Positions 48,231 through 61,890 of a DNA stretch of 64,000 nt are shown here, piece by piece. A program made the position numbers and the translations under genes. The first letter of the stretch is position 1. Every line of letters begins with the position of its first letter. Origin of the DNA: Blastocystis sp. Blastoise (Eukaryota > Protista > Bigyra: Opalinata); contig JBBPEB010000029.1 in assembly GCA_039096225.1 (NCBI GenBank), positions 868,001 through 932,000 on the forward strand, given 5' to 3'. A model generated the notes under the pieces. That model searched no databases and was not told the DNA's origin. It saw nothing but the letters and a program-made list of their open reading frames with translations.

Positions 48231-50203
48231 TTATTATAACACAAGAATTGAAAATTGATTGTCTATCCTTGACTCTATATATGACATGATTGTGTTTTAT
48301 TGACATTCAAGAGACACGTGATTATTATATTGTTCTGAAACATTATTTTTTTTTATAATTATTAAATATTCTATTTATAATATGTATCCTCTATATTTCA
48401 TTTTTATATACATATCTTTTCCTTATTATTATTTCTTATTTTTATTTTATTTTTTATTAATTCTTATATATATCTTTTTCTTTATGGCTTTATTTATATT
48501 TTTCATATTTTTATTATTCATATTCATTTATATATTAGCATACTTTTCATATAAATATATATATTTCTTTTTCTTCTAAAATTATTCATTTTTTTTTTAA
48601 ATATTTTTTAATATTATTTTTCTTTTTTTTTTTAATTCTATATAATTATTGTTTATATATATTCATTTCCTTATTTTGTCTCATATCTATTTTTTACTTG
48701 TATTTCTTTTAAATTTTCTTTTCCTTCGTATTCAATTCTATTAATTTATATAATTATATTAATATGTATATATGTATTTGTATACACTTGTATATTTTTT
48801 TGTTTTTTTTATGAACTATTTGTATATCTATATAATTATTATTTTTCTGTATGAAATATTGTTTTTCTGTCCATAAAGCATATCTTTTCTATAAAGTACT
48901 TTGTAAAAAATGTTCTTTTGTTAAAATATAAAAAATTATTTGAGAATTTTTTAAAAATAAATGAAATAAAAAAACGATAAAAACAAAATTGTATAAAATA
49001 CCTGTTGTTGTCTTTGAATATCTATAAACATATTTATCTTGTTTTGAATCCAAAATACAATAAATGTAATTTGAATCGATTGTCATTAAGAGTCATATTT
49101 TAACTAATATATATGCATATATTTTTTAAAATAATGAGCTAATTAAATCATCATTTTCATGACTTTATTCTAAAATAATTGTGAAATCATCTAATTGTTA
49201 TTGTTAATCATACTTATTCTATGTATAATACGGGATCTAGAATGTAAACAACATTAAATGGAAACATAAAACTACCAATTTTATGAGTAATTTCATCTTT
49301 TAAAGAATCAAATACATTTGTAATGATTCTCTTTAAGATAAATTATATCTTATAGTTATATCAGTAAGCTAATTTACACTCTATTCAATTATTTATATAT
49401 ATTTACATTTTCAATAATTTTGAAATAACACTTTGTTAACACTTGAACGAATATGAGAGTGATACAGTCAAGCTACTTTAATTATTAATAATTTAATAAA
49501 CTATGTATAATCACTTTTAAATGCTTTGCTAGCAATTAATTGATTTCGAGAGTAATTTATAGGAATTTGAGAGTTCGAGTCAGACTAATAGGATTATTAC
49601 GTTGTTAAACATATAAGAATTCAGTATATATAATAAAGCATCTCTTTGTCTTGAAAGAAAGCATGACAATGTTCATTGATAAAAGGATGAGAAATGTAAA
49701 GTGATTTCGATTCAAAAAACGTTTTATATTATATAAGATATCTAATGATTTTACAAGACAATAGTCATAAAACACATTTAGTTTCCAAAAGAAAACCTTC
49801 AGTTTAATCTTGAATATTCTCATTATTTCCCTGGATCTTCTTCTATTTCTAAGATTATAAGGATGTTGCCCAAAGTAGTTTCTCCTTTTTTCCTGAAAGG
49901 ACATGGTTCATCTCTATCATTTCCCCATCGACTTCCATCGGATGTTTCCCCTTAAAACGACTCTAGGAAGATTGGTGGAACATCAAATTGATTTTATAAT
50001 TTATATACACTTTCGTTGTCATTGATGAATCACTTTACAGATGGCTACACATTATTTCTAAAATATTTTTTTTTATTCTTTCTTTATAGAATAGTTTTTA
50101 TTCTAGTTCATATTCATTAAACAGCCGTTTGTTTAATAAAGTATATTACTTATATTATGGAATAGTTCATCAATCTTGATCTAACTCTATTTTTTTTGTA
50201 TAG

Positions 50204-53200
50204 ATGCAGAGAGTTTTGAATTATGCTTTACGTAACTACAGTATCCCCGTTAGAAATGCTGTAGCTAGACGTGTTTTTAGTACCATGAAGCCTTTTGCTC
50301 CTTGTTTCCAAGTATTTTTATATTTTATTTCTGTTCATTTTTGTTGCTTATATATATATTTTTGAAATTTATAAAGCTTATTTGTTGTTTATTATTATAT
50401 GCTTTATTTGATGCTTTTTGCTTTTAAAAATTTATTTTTATTTTTATATATATTCCTTTATAGTTTGTGGATCGTGCTGTAGGTCCTAATGAAAAAGATA
50501 CCAAGGAAATGCTATCTGTTCTTGGCTTTAAGAGTCTTGAAGAACTTATTGATAACACCGTTCCTAAGAATATTCGTAGACCTGTATCTATTTTTAATTA
50601 TTTTCTATTTATTATTATTCTTATTTTTGATTGTTATATATATATATATTTTTTTTAAATATTATAAATCTATGAATGATTATAATTATTTTCAATGTTT
50701 CTATCTATGTTGCTATAGGAAATGAATACAATTGAACCTCTTTCTGAAGAAGAAGCTCTTGCTAAACTTCGTGGTTATTCCAAAATGAATAAGATTCAAA
50801 AGAGTTATATAGGTACTGGCTGGTATAACAATTATATGCCTACTGTTATTTTACGTAATGTCCTTGAAAACCCTGGCTGGTATACTGGCTATACTCCTTA
50901 TCAAGCTGAAATCTCTCAAGTATTTATTATTGTTGTTTATTATATTTTGTTTTTTATTTTTGTTTATTATATTATTTTTGTTTATTATATGTTATTTTTT
51001 ATTTTTGTTTATTATATGTTATTGTTTATTTTTGCTTATTATATATTATTTTTTATTATCAATTAATTATTATCTATTTAAAATAATAATAATTATTTAT
51101 TCTCTACTATATTATATAGGGTCGTTTAGAGGCTTTATTAAGTTATCAAACTATGATATCTGATTTAACTGGTTTACCTATTTCTAATGCTTCTCTTCTT
51201 GATGATGCTACTGCTGGAGCTGAAGCTTTTAAAATGGCTCATGTTCATTGTAAAGAAAAACGTAATAAGTTCTTTGTTGCTGAAGATTGCCATCCTCAAA
51301 CAATTGCTTGTATTAAAATGAGAGCTAAATTACAAGGAGTACAAGTCGTCGTCGGTAATCCTGCTACTACTGATTTCTCTACTAAGGAGTATAGTGGTTG
51401 TATTGTTCAATACCCTAATACTTATGGTAGCTTACAAGATTTCTCAGGTATTAGTGATAATGTCCATAAATCTGGTGGTCTTTTCATTGCTGCTTCCGAT
51501 ATATATATTATAGATCATTTAGTATTGGCTATTTTATTATTATATAATAATATAATAATATTATAATATAATAATATAATAATAATATAATAATATAATA
51601 ATATAATAATATAATAATATTATAATATTATAATATTATAATATAATAATATAATAATATAATAATATTATAATATTATAATATATAATATAATAATATA
51701 TAATATATAATATATAATATATAGATCTTCTTGCTCTTACCGTTATTCATCCTCCAAGTGAATTTAACGTCGATGTTTGTATTGGTTCTACTCAAAGATT
51801 TGGTAATCCTCTTGGATTCGGTGGTCCCTCTGCTGGATTCATGTCCGTTAAGTCTGAACACGTGCGTAAGATGCCCGGTAGAATTATTGGTGTTTCTAAA
51901 GATTCTGATGGTGAAATTGCTTTACGTTTAGCTCTTCAAGCTCGTGAACAACATATTCGTAGAGATAAAGCTACTTCTAATATTTGTACTGCTCAAGCTC
52001 TTATGGCTAACCTTGTATATATATTTGATATTTTAATATATTTTATTGTTATATATTTTTGCTATTTTAATATATTTTATTGTTATATATATTTGATATT
52101 TTAATATATTTTATTGTTATATATTTTTGCTATTTTAATATATCTTATTATAATATATTTGTATATATTAATAATATATATTTTATGTGTCTATAGTCCG
52201 TATTCTATGCTATATACCATGGTCCTGAAGGTCTTCAAAAGATAGCTAATAGAGTACATCATATGGCTTCTGCCTTCGATATGGGGGTCAATAGCTCTGG
52301 ATTCCAAACAGATAAGAAACCTTATTTCGATACTGTTACTATTACTGTATATATATTAATAATTTATTGTGTTTTATAATAAATTTTAGATAACTCTATG
52401 TTTTTTATTATAATATATATATTATAATATATATAGGTACCAAGTGCTAGTGAAATCATGAAAGTTGCTGAAAATAAGGATATCTTATTACGTAAGATTG
52501 ATAATACACACGTTTCTGTGTCTTTCGATGAAACTACTACTTCTGAAGATTTACAAAAACTTCTTTCTGTTTTCAACTGCAACAAGGGACTTGAAGAACT
52601 TGATAGAACTGCTTCTAATGAAATTCCTTCTTCTTTCAAGAGATCGGGTAAGATCTTAGATTATCCTGTTTTCAATGATTATCATGTATATATAATATAA
52701 TATAATTATAATAATTATTAAAATAATAATATATATGTATATAGTCTGAACATTTAATGACTCGTTATTTACATAAATTAGAAAGCAAAGATTTATCATT
52801 GAATTATTCTATGATTACTTTAGGTTCATGTACTATGAAATTAAATGGTACTAGTACTATGATTCCTATTACTTGGCCTGAATTCACAGAAATACACCCC
52901 TATGCTCCTAAAGAATCTACTAAAGGTTATTTAAAGATGATTGATGATATGAATAAGATGTATATATATATATAATTATAAAATTAATAATTTAAAAGAA
53001 TAATATTCTTAAATTAAATTTCTATTAAATCAATAATTATCTTTTAAATAAGAATAACTTTATAAATAACTCTATTTTCTGTGATGTCACTGGTTTTAAG
53101 AAGATGTCTTTCCAACCTAACTCTGGTGCTGCTGGTGAATTTGCTGGATTATTATGTGTACGTAAATATTTAGATTCTATTCATGAAGAAAAGAGAAATA

Positions 53201-54650
53201 TTTGTTTATTACCTACTTCTGCTCATGGTACCAATCCTGCTTCTGCACATATGGCTGGATTCCAAGTTATTGATGTTAAGAATAAACAAGATGGTTCTGT
53301 TGATATGAAAGATTTTGCTGATAAGATTCATCAATATAAAGATAATTTAGGTGTATTTATGATTACTTATCCTTCTACTTATGGTATTTTCGATGAAGAT
53401 ATTCGTGAAATGGTCGATATGGTTCACGCTGCTGGTGCTCAAGTATATATGGATGGTGCTAATATGAATGCTCAAGTTGGTTATACTTGTCCTGGATTTA
53501 TTGGTGCCGATGTATGTCACTTGAATCTTCATAAAACATTTGGTATGCCTCATGGAGGTGGTGGTCCAGGTGTAGGTGCTATTGGTATATATATATTATT
53601 ATATATATAGTATTATATATATAGTATTATATATTATTATATATTATTATTATATATTATTATTATATATTATTATTATATATTATTATTATATATTATT
53701 ATTATATATTATTATTATATATTATTATTATATAATATACTATATATATAGGTGTTACTGAACATCTTACTCCTTTCTTACCTGCTCATCCTATCGTTCC
53801 TACTGGAGGTGAAAAGGGTATATATATATATTATATATATCTATATAACTTTCAATATTAATATATATATATATATATTATAGGTGAATTAGTAGCTGCT
53901 GCTCCTTACGGTTCTGCTGATTTACTTCCCATTACTTGGATGTATATGAATATGTTAGGTACTCAAGGCCTTAAGAGAGTTACTGCTACCGCTATTCTTA
54001 ATGCTAATTATATGGCTAAGAAATTATCTGGATATTATGATGTATATATATATTATATTCTATATTAATAATTATATTCTATATTAATTATTATATTCTA
54101 TATTAATTATTATATTTTATATTCATTATTTCATAATATAACAAATATATATTATTATATAATAATATAGGTAATGTTTAAGGGTGCTAAAGGAATGTGT
54201 GGTCATGAGTTTATTATTGATATGAAGCCATTTAAACAATATGGTATTACTGAAACTGATATCGCTAAGAGATTAATTGATTATGGTTTCCATGCACCTA
54301 CAATGTCCTTCCCTGTACATGAAAGTCTTATGATTGAACCTACTGAATCTGAAGATAAAGGAATGCTTGATAGAATGGTGAATGCTCTTATTTGTATTCG
54401 TAAAGAAATTGATGATATTGCTACAGGTAAAGTAGATAAGAATAATAATCCACTTAAGAATGCTCCTCATACTGCTAGAGCTATTGCTTCTGATAAATGG
54501 GATCATCCTTATTCACGTAATTTAGCTGCTTATCCTTCTCCTGAAGCTATTGATAATAAATTCTGGCCTGCTGTAGGTAGAGTTGATAATGTCTATGGTG
54601 ATCGTCATCTTATTACTACTGTCAAAGGATTTGAAAAGAAACTTGAATAA
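50204..54650 (+). CDS. GLDC: Glycine decarboxylase (glycine cleavage P protein) with a mitochondrial presequence; 11 introns, 2 non-GT-AG
   Basis: [78 protein letters not shown] (PLP lysine), [20 protein letters not shown]. Confidence 0.97.
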
Positions 54651-55180
54651 ATAAATAATAATGTCATCTTATTATTATTTACAATCATTTCTAATTTGAT
54701 GATATATTATTATATATAAAATTTGTGTTGTTTGAACTCTTATGCTTTTTTTTTCTTATATTTGAATTTTACTTTTGACTTTATCTACATATATTTAAGA
54801 TAGATATTGTTTTGTATTGATTATTCTTTTAAATAAAATATTTTATTTTGATGAATAAATAAATGAAAATAATCTAATTATGATGACAGAAATAAATAGA
54901 TATTAAAATAACATTAATACAACTAAACCACATGAATATATTTTATTGAAGAGCTAATCAAAACAAATGAATGACAACAAAAACAAATAAAGAAAAGATA
55001 GAGAAAGAAAAAAAAAAAGAATAAACAAGCCAATAGATTCTAAATAGAGTAGTATTAAAAAAAAAAGAAAGAATTAAAAAAAAAATAATATGTAATATTT
55101 ATCAGAAAAGATTTATATGTTAAAATAAAAACAAATAATAATTCATATTGTAAAAAGATATTTTTTTTTAATAAAAAAAT

Positions 55181-56077
55181 TTAATTCTTCTTTTCGAATT
55201 CTGCTCCTTCTTTAATTGTTTCTCTTACTCTTCTATCATATTCTGTTCTATTTTCATTATATAATCGTGAAGCTTCATAATTAGCAGGAGATGAAGGATT
55301 AGGATCTGTTAATAATGATTGAATAGAAAGAAGAATAGCAGCAACATCATAACTAGGTGTCCAATTTGTATTTAATATATCCAAACAAATAGAACCATTA
55401 CCATATACTATAGAAGAAGATAAAGATTATATTAATAATAATAATAAATAAAATAAATATAATAAAAATAATATAATATAATAAATATAATAAAAATAAT
55501 AAAAAAAAAATAAATAAAATAAATAAAATAAAATAAATAATATAATATAATAAATAAAATATACCATTAGGATGATAGACTTTAGTAATAAAAGAAACTT
55601 TTGGAGGATCATTAGGATAAGTTTCTTTGAATGAAAGAGATAATTTGAAGACACCTATAAATAAATAAATAAATATATTATATATAATCTACATACCACC
55701 TTCCCAAGGAGTTCCAGCAGGACTATATATTTGAAATATAGAAATAAATTAAATAAGAAACACTGTTTTACAAAAAAAAAATATTATAATCAAAAGAAAC
55801 AAATATAATTTCATATGCTATTTACCCAACAATCAATCCAGTCCATTCCTATATATATATATATATAAATAAAAGAGTTGATCAACACGGCAATATATAA
55901 AAAATATAGAAAAAGATTACATGTAGGAGATGAATAGTGAATTTAATGAATAATATATACCATAATATCAGTTCCAGTAGGAGCAGCACAAATTCCAGTA
56001 GGAGGTTCGACTTTCAGTTTCTTTAAATCTCTTAATAAACGTTTTCCGGCTTCAGATAAAGTAGGTCTAGTAGGCAT
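55181..56077 (-). CDS. RAD6: Ubiquitin-conjugating enzyme E2, RAD6/UBC2-like; 4 introns
   Basis: [66 protein letters not shown]. Confidence 0.9.
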
Positions 56078-56642
56078 TTGAGTCGATAATAATAAAAAAT
56101 TAAAAAATAAAATTATATAAATTAATTTAAAGAAATTTTTTGAAAAAACCCGATTTCCAGAAATGTTCTGGAATGTTTTTAATTTGAATAGAAAATCATG
56201 ATTAAATGTGAAAAATGACTTGAATTTTGTTGATTTCATAATAAATGACTGAAACAAGAATTCAGTTACAGAGAAAAAAAATAGTTTTTTGATATGATAT
56301 TTGGGTAGAATAAGTTTTTTTGAATGAATTTGTTGTGGATAGAGATATACTAGGTATTTAGAAGAAGATGAAAAAAATATGTTGATTTGATAAAAATGAG
56401 TGAAAGTATACAAGTTGATTGACAGTAAATTGATTAAAAAGGGATGAAAACGAAACAAACAAGAATGAACATATATATACATGATTTTTTCCCACTAACA
56501 AAAGTTATTGAATAACAATTATTGATAATACAAATAAAATAACTTGAAGTATTGTTTGCAAATATAAAGAGATAAGGAATATATATAGATATAAATAAAA
56601 TTATAGTAGAGAAATAAAGGAATAATGAAAAATAAAAGTTGT

Positions 56643-56973
56643 TTAATATGATATTTGTGTAATTGGAGTATAATTAAGATGAACTTCATTTTTAGGTCCA
56701 AAACGAACGCCCAAACAGAATGAATAGAGATCTAAGAAAGGATTAAAGTTACTTTGAAGAGAAAGTGAAGTCGATGGAGAAATAGGTTCTAAAAGAGAAA
56801 GACTTATTGCACCTGTACCATTAATAGATGTATTATAGAATATAGAATAGAATGTAGAATATATATTATTATTATTATTATTATTTATACTTTAATTTAA
56901 CACCAGTTCTAGGGAAATCAAATAAAGCAGCTAATGTAGTCATTGCCTATATAATAATAATAATAATAATTTG

Positions 56974-57012
<39 letters not shown>

Positions 57013-57584
57013 CAGAATATGTACATTAAAATGAAGAGCGGTATTTGCAGGATAGACATGAAGACTTGCAGCTAATTTGACATTTTTAGTTACATTCTAA
57101 TAATATATAATAATAATAAGTTGTATATCTTAAATAATAATTAAAAAAAAATAATAATAATAATAAATAAATAAATATATACCTTTAAATAATGAATAAA
57201 TAAATTATGACCTCCAGTAGCAGCAATAATATATGTATATAAAGGATTTGTATATTTAAAAGCACCAGAAACAAACCAATTCTTATTACTAATACAATCC
57301 CATACTAATTCAGCTATAGAAATAATATATAGAATAATAAAATAAATAGAATAATAAAATAAAAAAAATAGAATAAATAAAATACATAATATAAAACATA
57401 ATAAACTTAAAAAAACATAAATAAATAAATAAACATACTACCAATATGAATATTATTATTAATAGCTTGTAAATAAGTTCCACGAATACCACTGAAAGTA
57501 TTAAAACAAAACTGAAGACCAAAATCAGAAGCAGTATAATTCATCATCATATCAGCCATATTATGTTTTTTAGATTTAATATAC

Positions 57585-57662
<78 letters not shown>

Positions 57663-58100
57663 AAAATAAAAATAAATGTATATATATCTACATTTAAAAT
57701 AAAATTATATATATCTACATTTAAAATAAAATTATATATATCTAAAATAAAAATAAATACATACATCCCAATCAAAAGTAAATTTAAAGTTTTCATTATA
57801 TTTGAAAATTGTTTTTTGTTTTAAAAGACCACTACCACTAGCAAAGAAAATAGCAAAAAGGTTAGGATCATCATAAACTGCAGAACCAGAATAAACAGGA
57901 GTTTTATTTGAATGAACAGATCTAAATTGAAAATTGAAATTTTTGTAAGGATAAGAAAAAACAGAGAATAATCCACTATCTCTGTCATCAGTATCTAACA
58001 CTTTGATGACATCATTCCACATTTCAGAATAAACACCAGGGTTTTTAATTTCTTCTATAGGCTTAGAAGGAGTATTTACAGGTATTTCAGGAGTAGACAT
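56643..58100 (-). CDS. TOM40: Tom40-like mitochondrial outer-membrane beta-barrel; 5 introns, the last GT-AA
   Basis: N-terminal NPGVYSEM, YLQAIN, alternating beta-strand pattern, beta-signal-like YSFCLGVRFG. Divergent sequence. Confidence 0.7.
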
Positions 58101-58383
58101 TGTTGAAGTAAATAGATTATTTTAACAGAAAGAACGAAATTGTTAATTAATCTTTATGGAGAAAGAATAAAAGAAACAAGAAATGCTTCTCCATTAGAAT
58201 CGCGGTTATTTCTTTTCATTCACGCTTTTTTTCACATCTATTCTTTTTTTATTTGAAAATAGGATAAATTGTATTATTTCCATTATTCTACGTCATTTTT
58301 GTTGATTGATGTATATTATTATTATTACTTTAGCTTTTTATTCTATACTCCTCCTCTTTAATTCATAGATACAGGAAAAAAAT

Positions 58384-60276
58384 ATGACAGATAAGTTTTT
58401 TTTGCGAGTAACTTCACCTGAAATGAGTTGTTTCTTTGATGATCTATCTCTCGAAGCAAAACGTGAATTATCAGAAAATTCTGAAGATAAAAACAAACCT
58501 AATTCTACTCGTGGATCCTCTTTTATTCCAGATACACCTGTATTTTTATAATTATTATAGTTAAAACACTATGGACTTTGTTAATAATATATATATATAT
58601 ATTCTAGTCGAAGCCCTATGCTCAAGAATCTAAAAATGCGTATTTTAAATATATAAAATTTGTTATAAATTTATGAATTCTATTATGTAGTGATTATCCA
58701 TTGAATGATATTTCAAGACTACCCTGCAATATTGCGCTAATCTATAAAACAACACAAGAAAATATGGAAATTAATAATCAAAATAGTTATTTAGTTAAAG
58801 AAGATTTAAAAAAATGTCAAAAACAAATAGATATCTTCAATTTTTATAAGAGTTTATTGAATTCTGTTGAAGATATCATTTCTCCTTCTGTATTTCATGA
58901 TTTTATTTTATTTTTTAATTATTTATATTATCGTACGACTACTAAATCGGTTCCAAATCGATATATAAAAGTAATTTCAAAATCAAGTATTAGTAACCAA
59001 ATACGTAGTTTATTTGATAAAAATATAAAGAAATCTTCTTCTTCTTATAAGAATAATTTTAATAGTAATAATAATTTTAATAATAATAATAATAAGAATA
59101 ATATTCCAGATAATAATAATAATAATATTCCAGATAATAATAATAATATATCAACTCCTCAAACTATAAAACCTGCCTTAAATACAAATAATATAGATTT
59201 ATCTTCTACACCTTCTTATTCTATTACTTCTATTCCTCTTGTAGATGAACCTATAGATAATGAGAATGAATCCTTTAAAGTATCTTTATATTCATGGGAA
59301 AAAGCACCTTTCTGCACGATCTTACCTCCCGTGGGAAATCTAGAAAAGAAAGGAACACAAATCCCTTCCTGTCTTCATGTCGATCGTCCTTATTCTTATG
59401 GTAATTTATTATTATTTTTATTTATATTGATTTTAATTGTTTTAGATATATATTATAAATACTGTTATTGTTTTATAATTATAATTATAGCATAATAATA
59501 ATTGCTATATTTATTAGCAACTATTATCGAATCATTTTATTTACTTTATATTATTTTCTTCATTATATATAGATTCTATTAAAGTGAATATTGTTAAAAC
59601 AAAAGAAGAAGATGACAAAGTATTTTTTCTATTCTTTTATTTTCTATCTTATTATTCTTCTATATATATATATTTACTCTATATGAATACTCTATATATA
59701 GACATTTTTAGAATTATTACTATTACAAGTTGTCAAACATATATCTATATTATTTATTCCCTTTTTTGAATCTTTTATACATTCTATTCAATTAAATAAA
59801 AACTCAAATTTATATTCAAATTCAGATTCTAATTCAAATTCAAATAATCAATCAATTGTATATTTAGAGGTTATATATATAAATTATTTATTAATATTTA
59901 TTATATATATGATTTATTTTTAATATTATATATAACTTATTTTAATATTATATATAATTTATAATATTCATTAAATATATAATTTATTTTAATATTATAT
60001 ATCATTTATTATATATTATATATAGTTAACTGATATAGCAATTGAAACACATGGTTTTTTAATTCTTGTTAAACAAAAAGAGTATTTTATATATATTTAT
60101 TCATACTCTATAAATAATAATAATATATATAGTGAATTATATAAATCTATTCAAGAACAATATACAAAGCTTCAAAATATTTATGATGTATGTTAATTTA
60201 TTCATATTTTTTTATTTGTTTAGTAACTATAAAATTATTTTTTATTTAGGATTTTTGTTTGAATTACGTAGATTAA
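58384..60276 (+). CDS. Hypothetical protein, multi-exon
   Basis: Exons join in frame through GT-AG from ATG 58384 to TAA 60274-60276; no family recognised. Confidence 0.6.
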
Positions 60277-60605
60277 CTTATTTGTATGCCATGTAAACTA
60301 GTTGCTGATAAATAATTATTACTTTTCATTTCTGTAAAAGTGTTTCTTCCTTTCATTATACGATTTTTCTTTTTTGTCATAAATGATTAATGTCTTCATT
60401 TATTGTTTTGTTCATTTTATATAGAATAAACTAATTTATTATTATTATTGAATTGAATTTGAATATATTAAATAAAAAAATAGAATGATAATTAAGTTTC
60501 GTGGAAAAATCAAAATTTAAAACTAAATCACATTCTTTTCCCAGAAATATTATCAAATTCAAAAAAAATTCTTTTTATCTCATAAACTTTTTTTCTAGAT
60601 AGATA

Positions 60606-61854
60606 ATGGAATATTCATTACCTGAAAGAACAACAAGAGGTACAAGAAGTAAGGCTTTATCAGCAGAAGCTTTAGAAGCTGATCAAAATTTCTGGAATCA
60701 AGATTTCTTTCAAGAAAAGGATACAGATGACAGTTTTACTGAATCAGGTATTTCAAAAAATTACAAAATCTTAAATAAAATTATTATTTTTTTTATAAAG
60801 ATGAGACATCATCTGAATCTGATAGTACTGATTCTGATATTGATCTTCCTGAAGATGAAGATGAAGTGATTCCTCAAGAACCTGTTGAGAAAAAAGTATG
60901 TATCTGATTAAAACAAAGATTTTATTGTTCATTTTTATTATTTTATTGTTTTTATTTTTTAATATTATTATATATAGGTAAAGCCAAAACGAACAGTATA
61001 TTTAGATCCATCTAAAAGTAAAAGTCAAACACTAAAACGAGCCAAACTACGTTTACAAAAAAATAAAGAATTATTACAACAATTAAGAGCTAAAGAAGGC
61101 TGTATGTAGTTTATTTAGATGTGAATTATCTATAATAAATATAATAAATATAATAATATAATAAATATAATAATATAATAAATATAATAAATATATTAAA
61201 TATATTAAATATATTAAATATAATGAATATAATAAATATAATGAATATAATAATATAATAAATATAATAAGTATAATAAATTATTATTATTGATATTCTT
61301 TATAGTATTAACATCATCAAAAGAAGCAAAAGAATTAAATATCAATAAAAAGGATACTTTTATAAATAATGAGAATAGTATTCCACCTTCTTCTCCGGTT
61401 TCCACAGTATCAAAACCATTATTATCTCCTCCTTCAACTCCTATTCCTGAAGATGAAAGTGATTTGAAATCCATGTCTGTGTCTCCTTCAGAAACACAAT
61501 CATTAAAATCAACACAATCATTGTCTTCGTCACCTATAAAGAATAAAAAGAATATGAATAAAAAAGTACAAAAAGGAAAAGTTGTATCACCTGCTCGATT
61601 CCATGGTAGTATTATTGAAAATAGTACAAGGGTATTAAGAAGAAGCACAATTCGTCAAACAGAAGAAATAGAAAAAGAAGATGGATATAGTAGTGAAGAA
61701 TATGAAGATGTATATATCAATTATTTTATTATTTATATATAGACTTATAAATATTTGTTTTGTTGAAAGTCATATATTTTTCTTCGTAATATAATAATTC
61801 TATTTTCAATTTTATTTTTAATATTATAATAATTGTTTATTGTAGTTGTTTTTG

Positions 61855-61890
<36 letters not shown>

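Noticed and set aside
49870-49900. AAAGGAGA on the minus strand resembling the U6atac box
   Set aside because: The downstream AGC triad and ISL sequence of U6atac are not recognisable.
58890-58931. Possible 42-nt in-frame GT...AT intron in the hypothetical gene
   Set aside because: It looks intronic, but the frame reads through and I have no homolog to test it, so it is not counted among the non-canonical introns.
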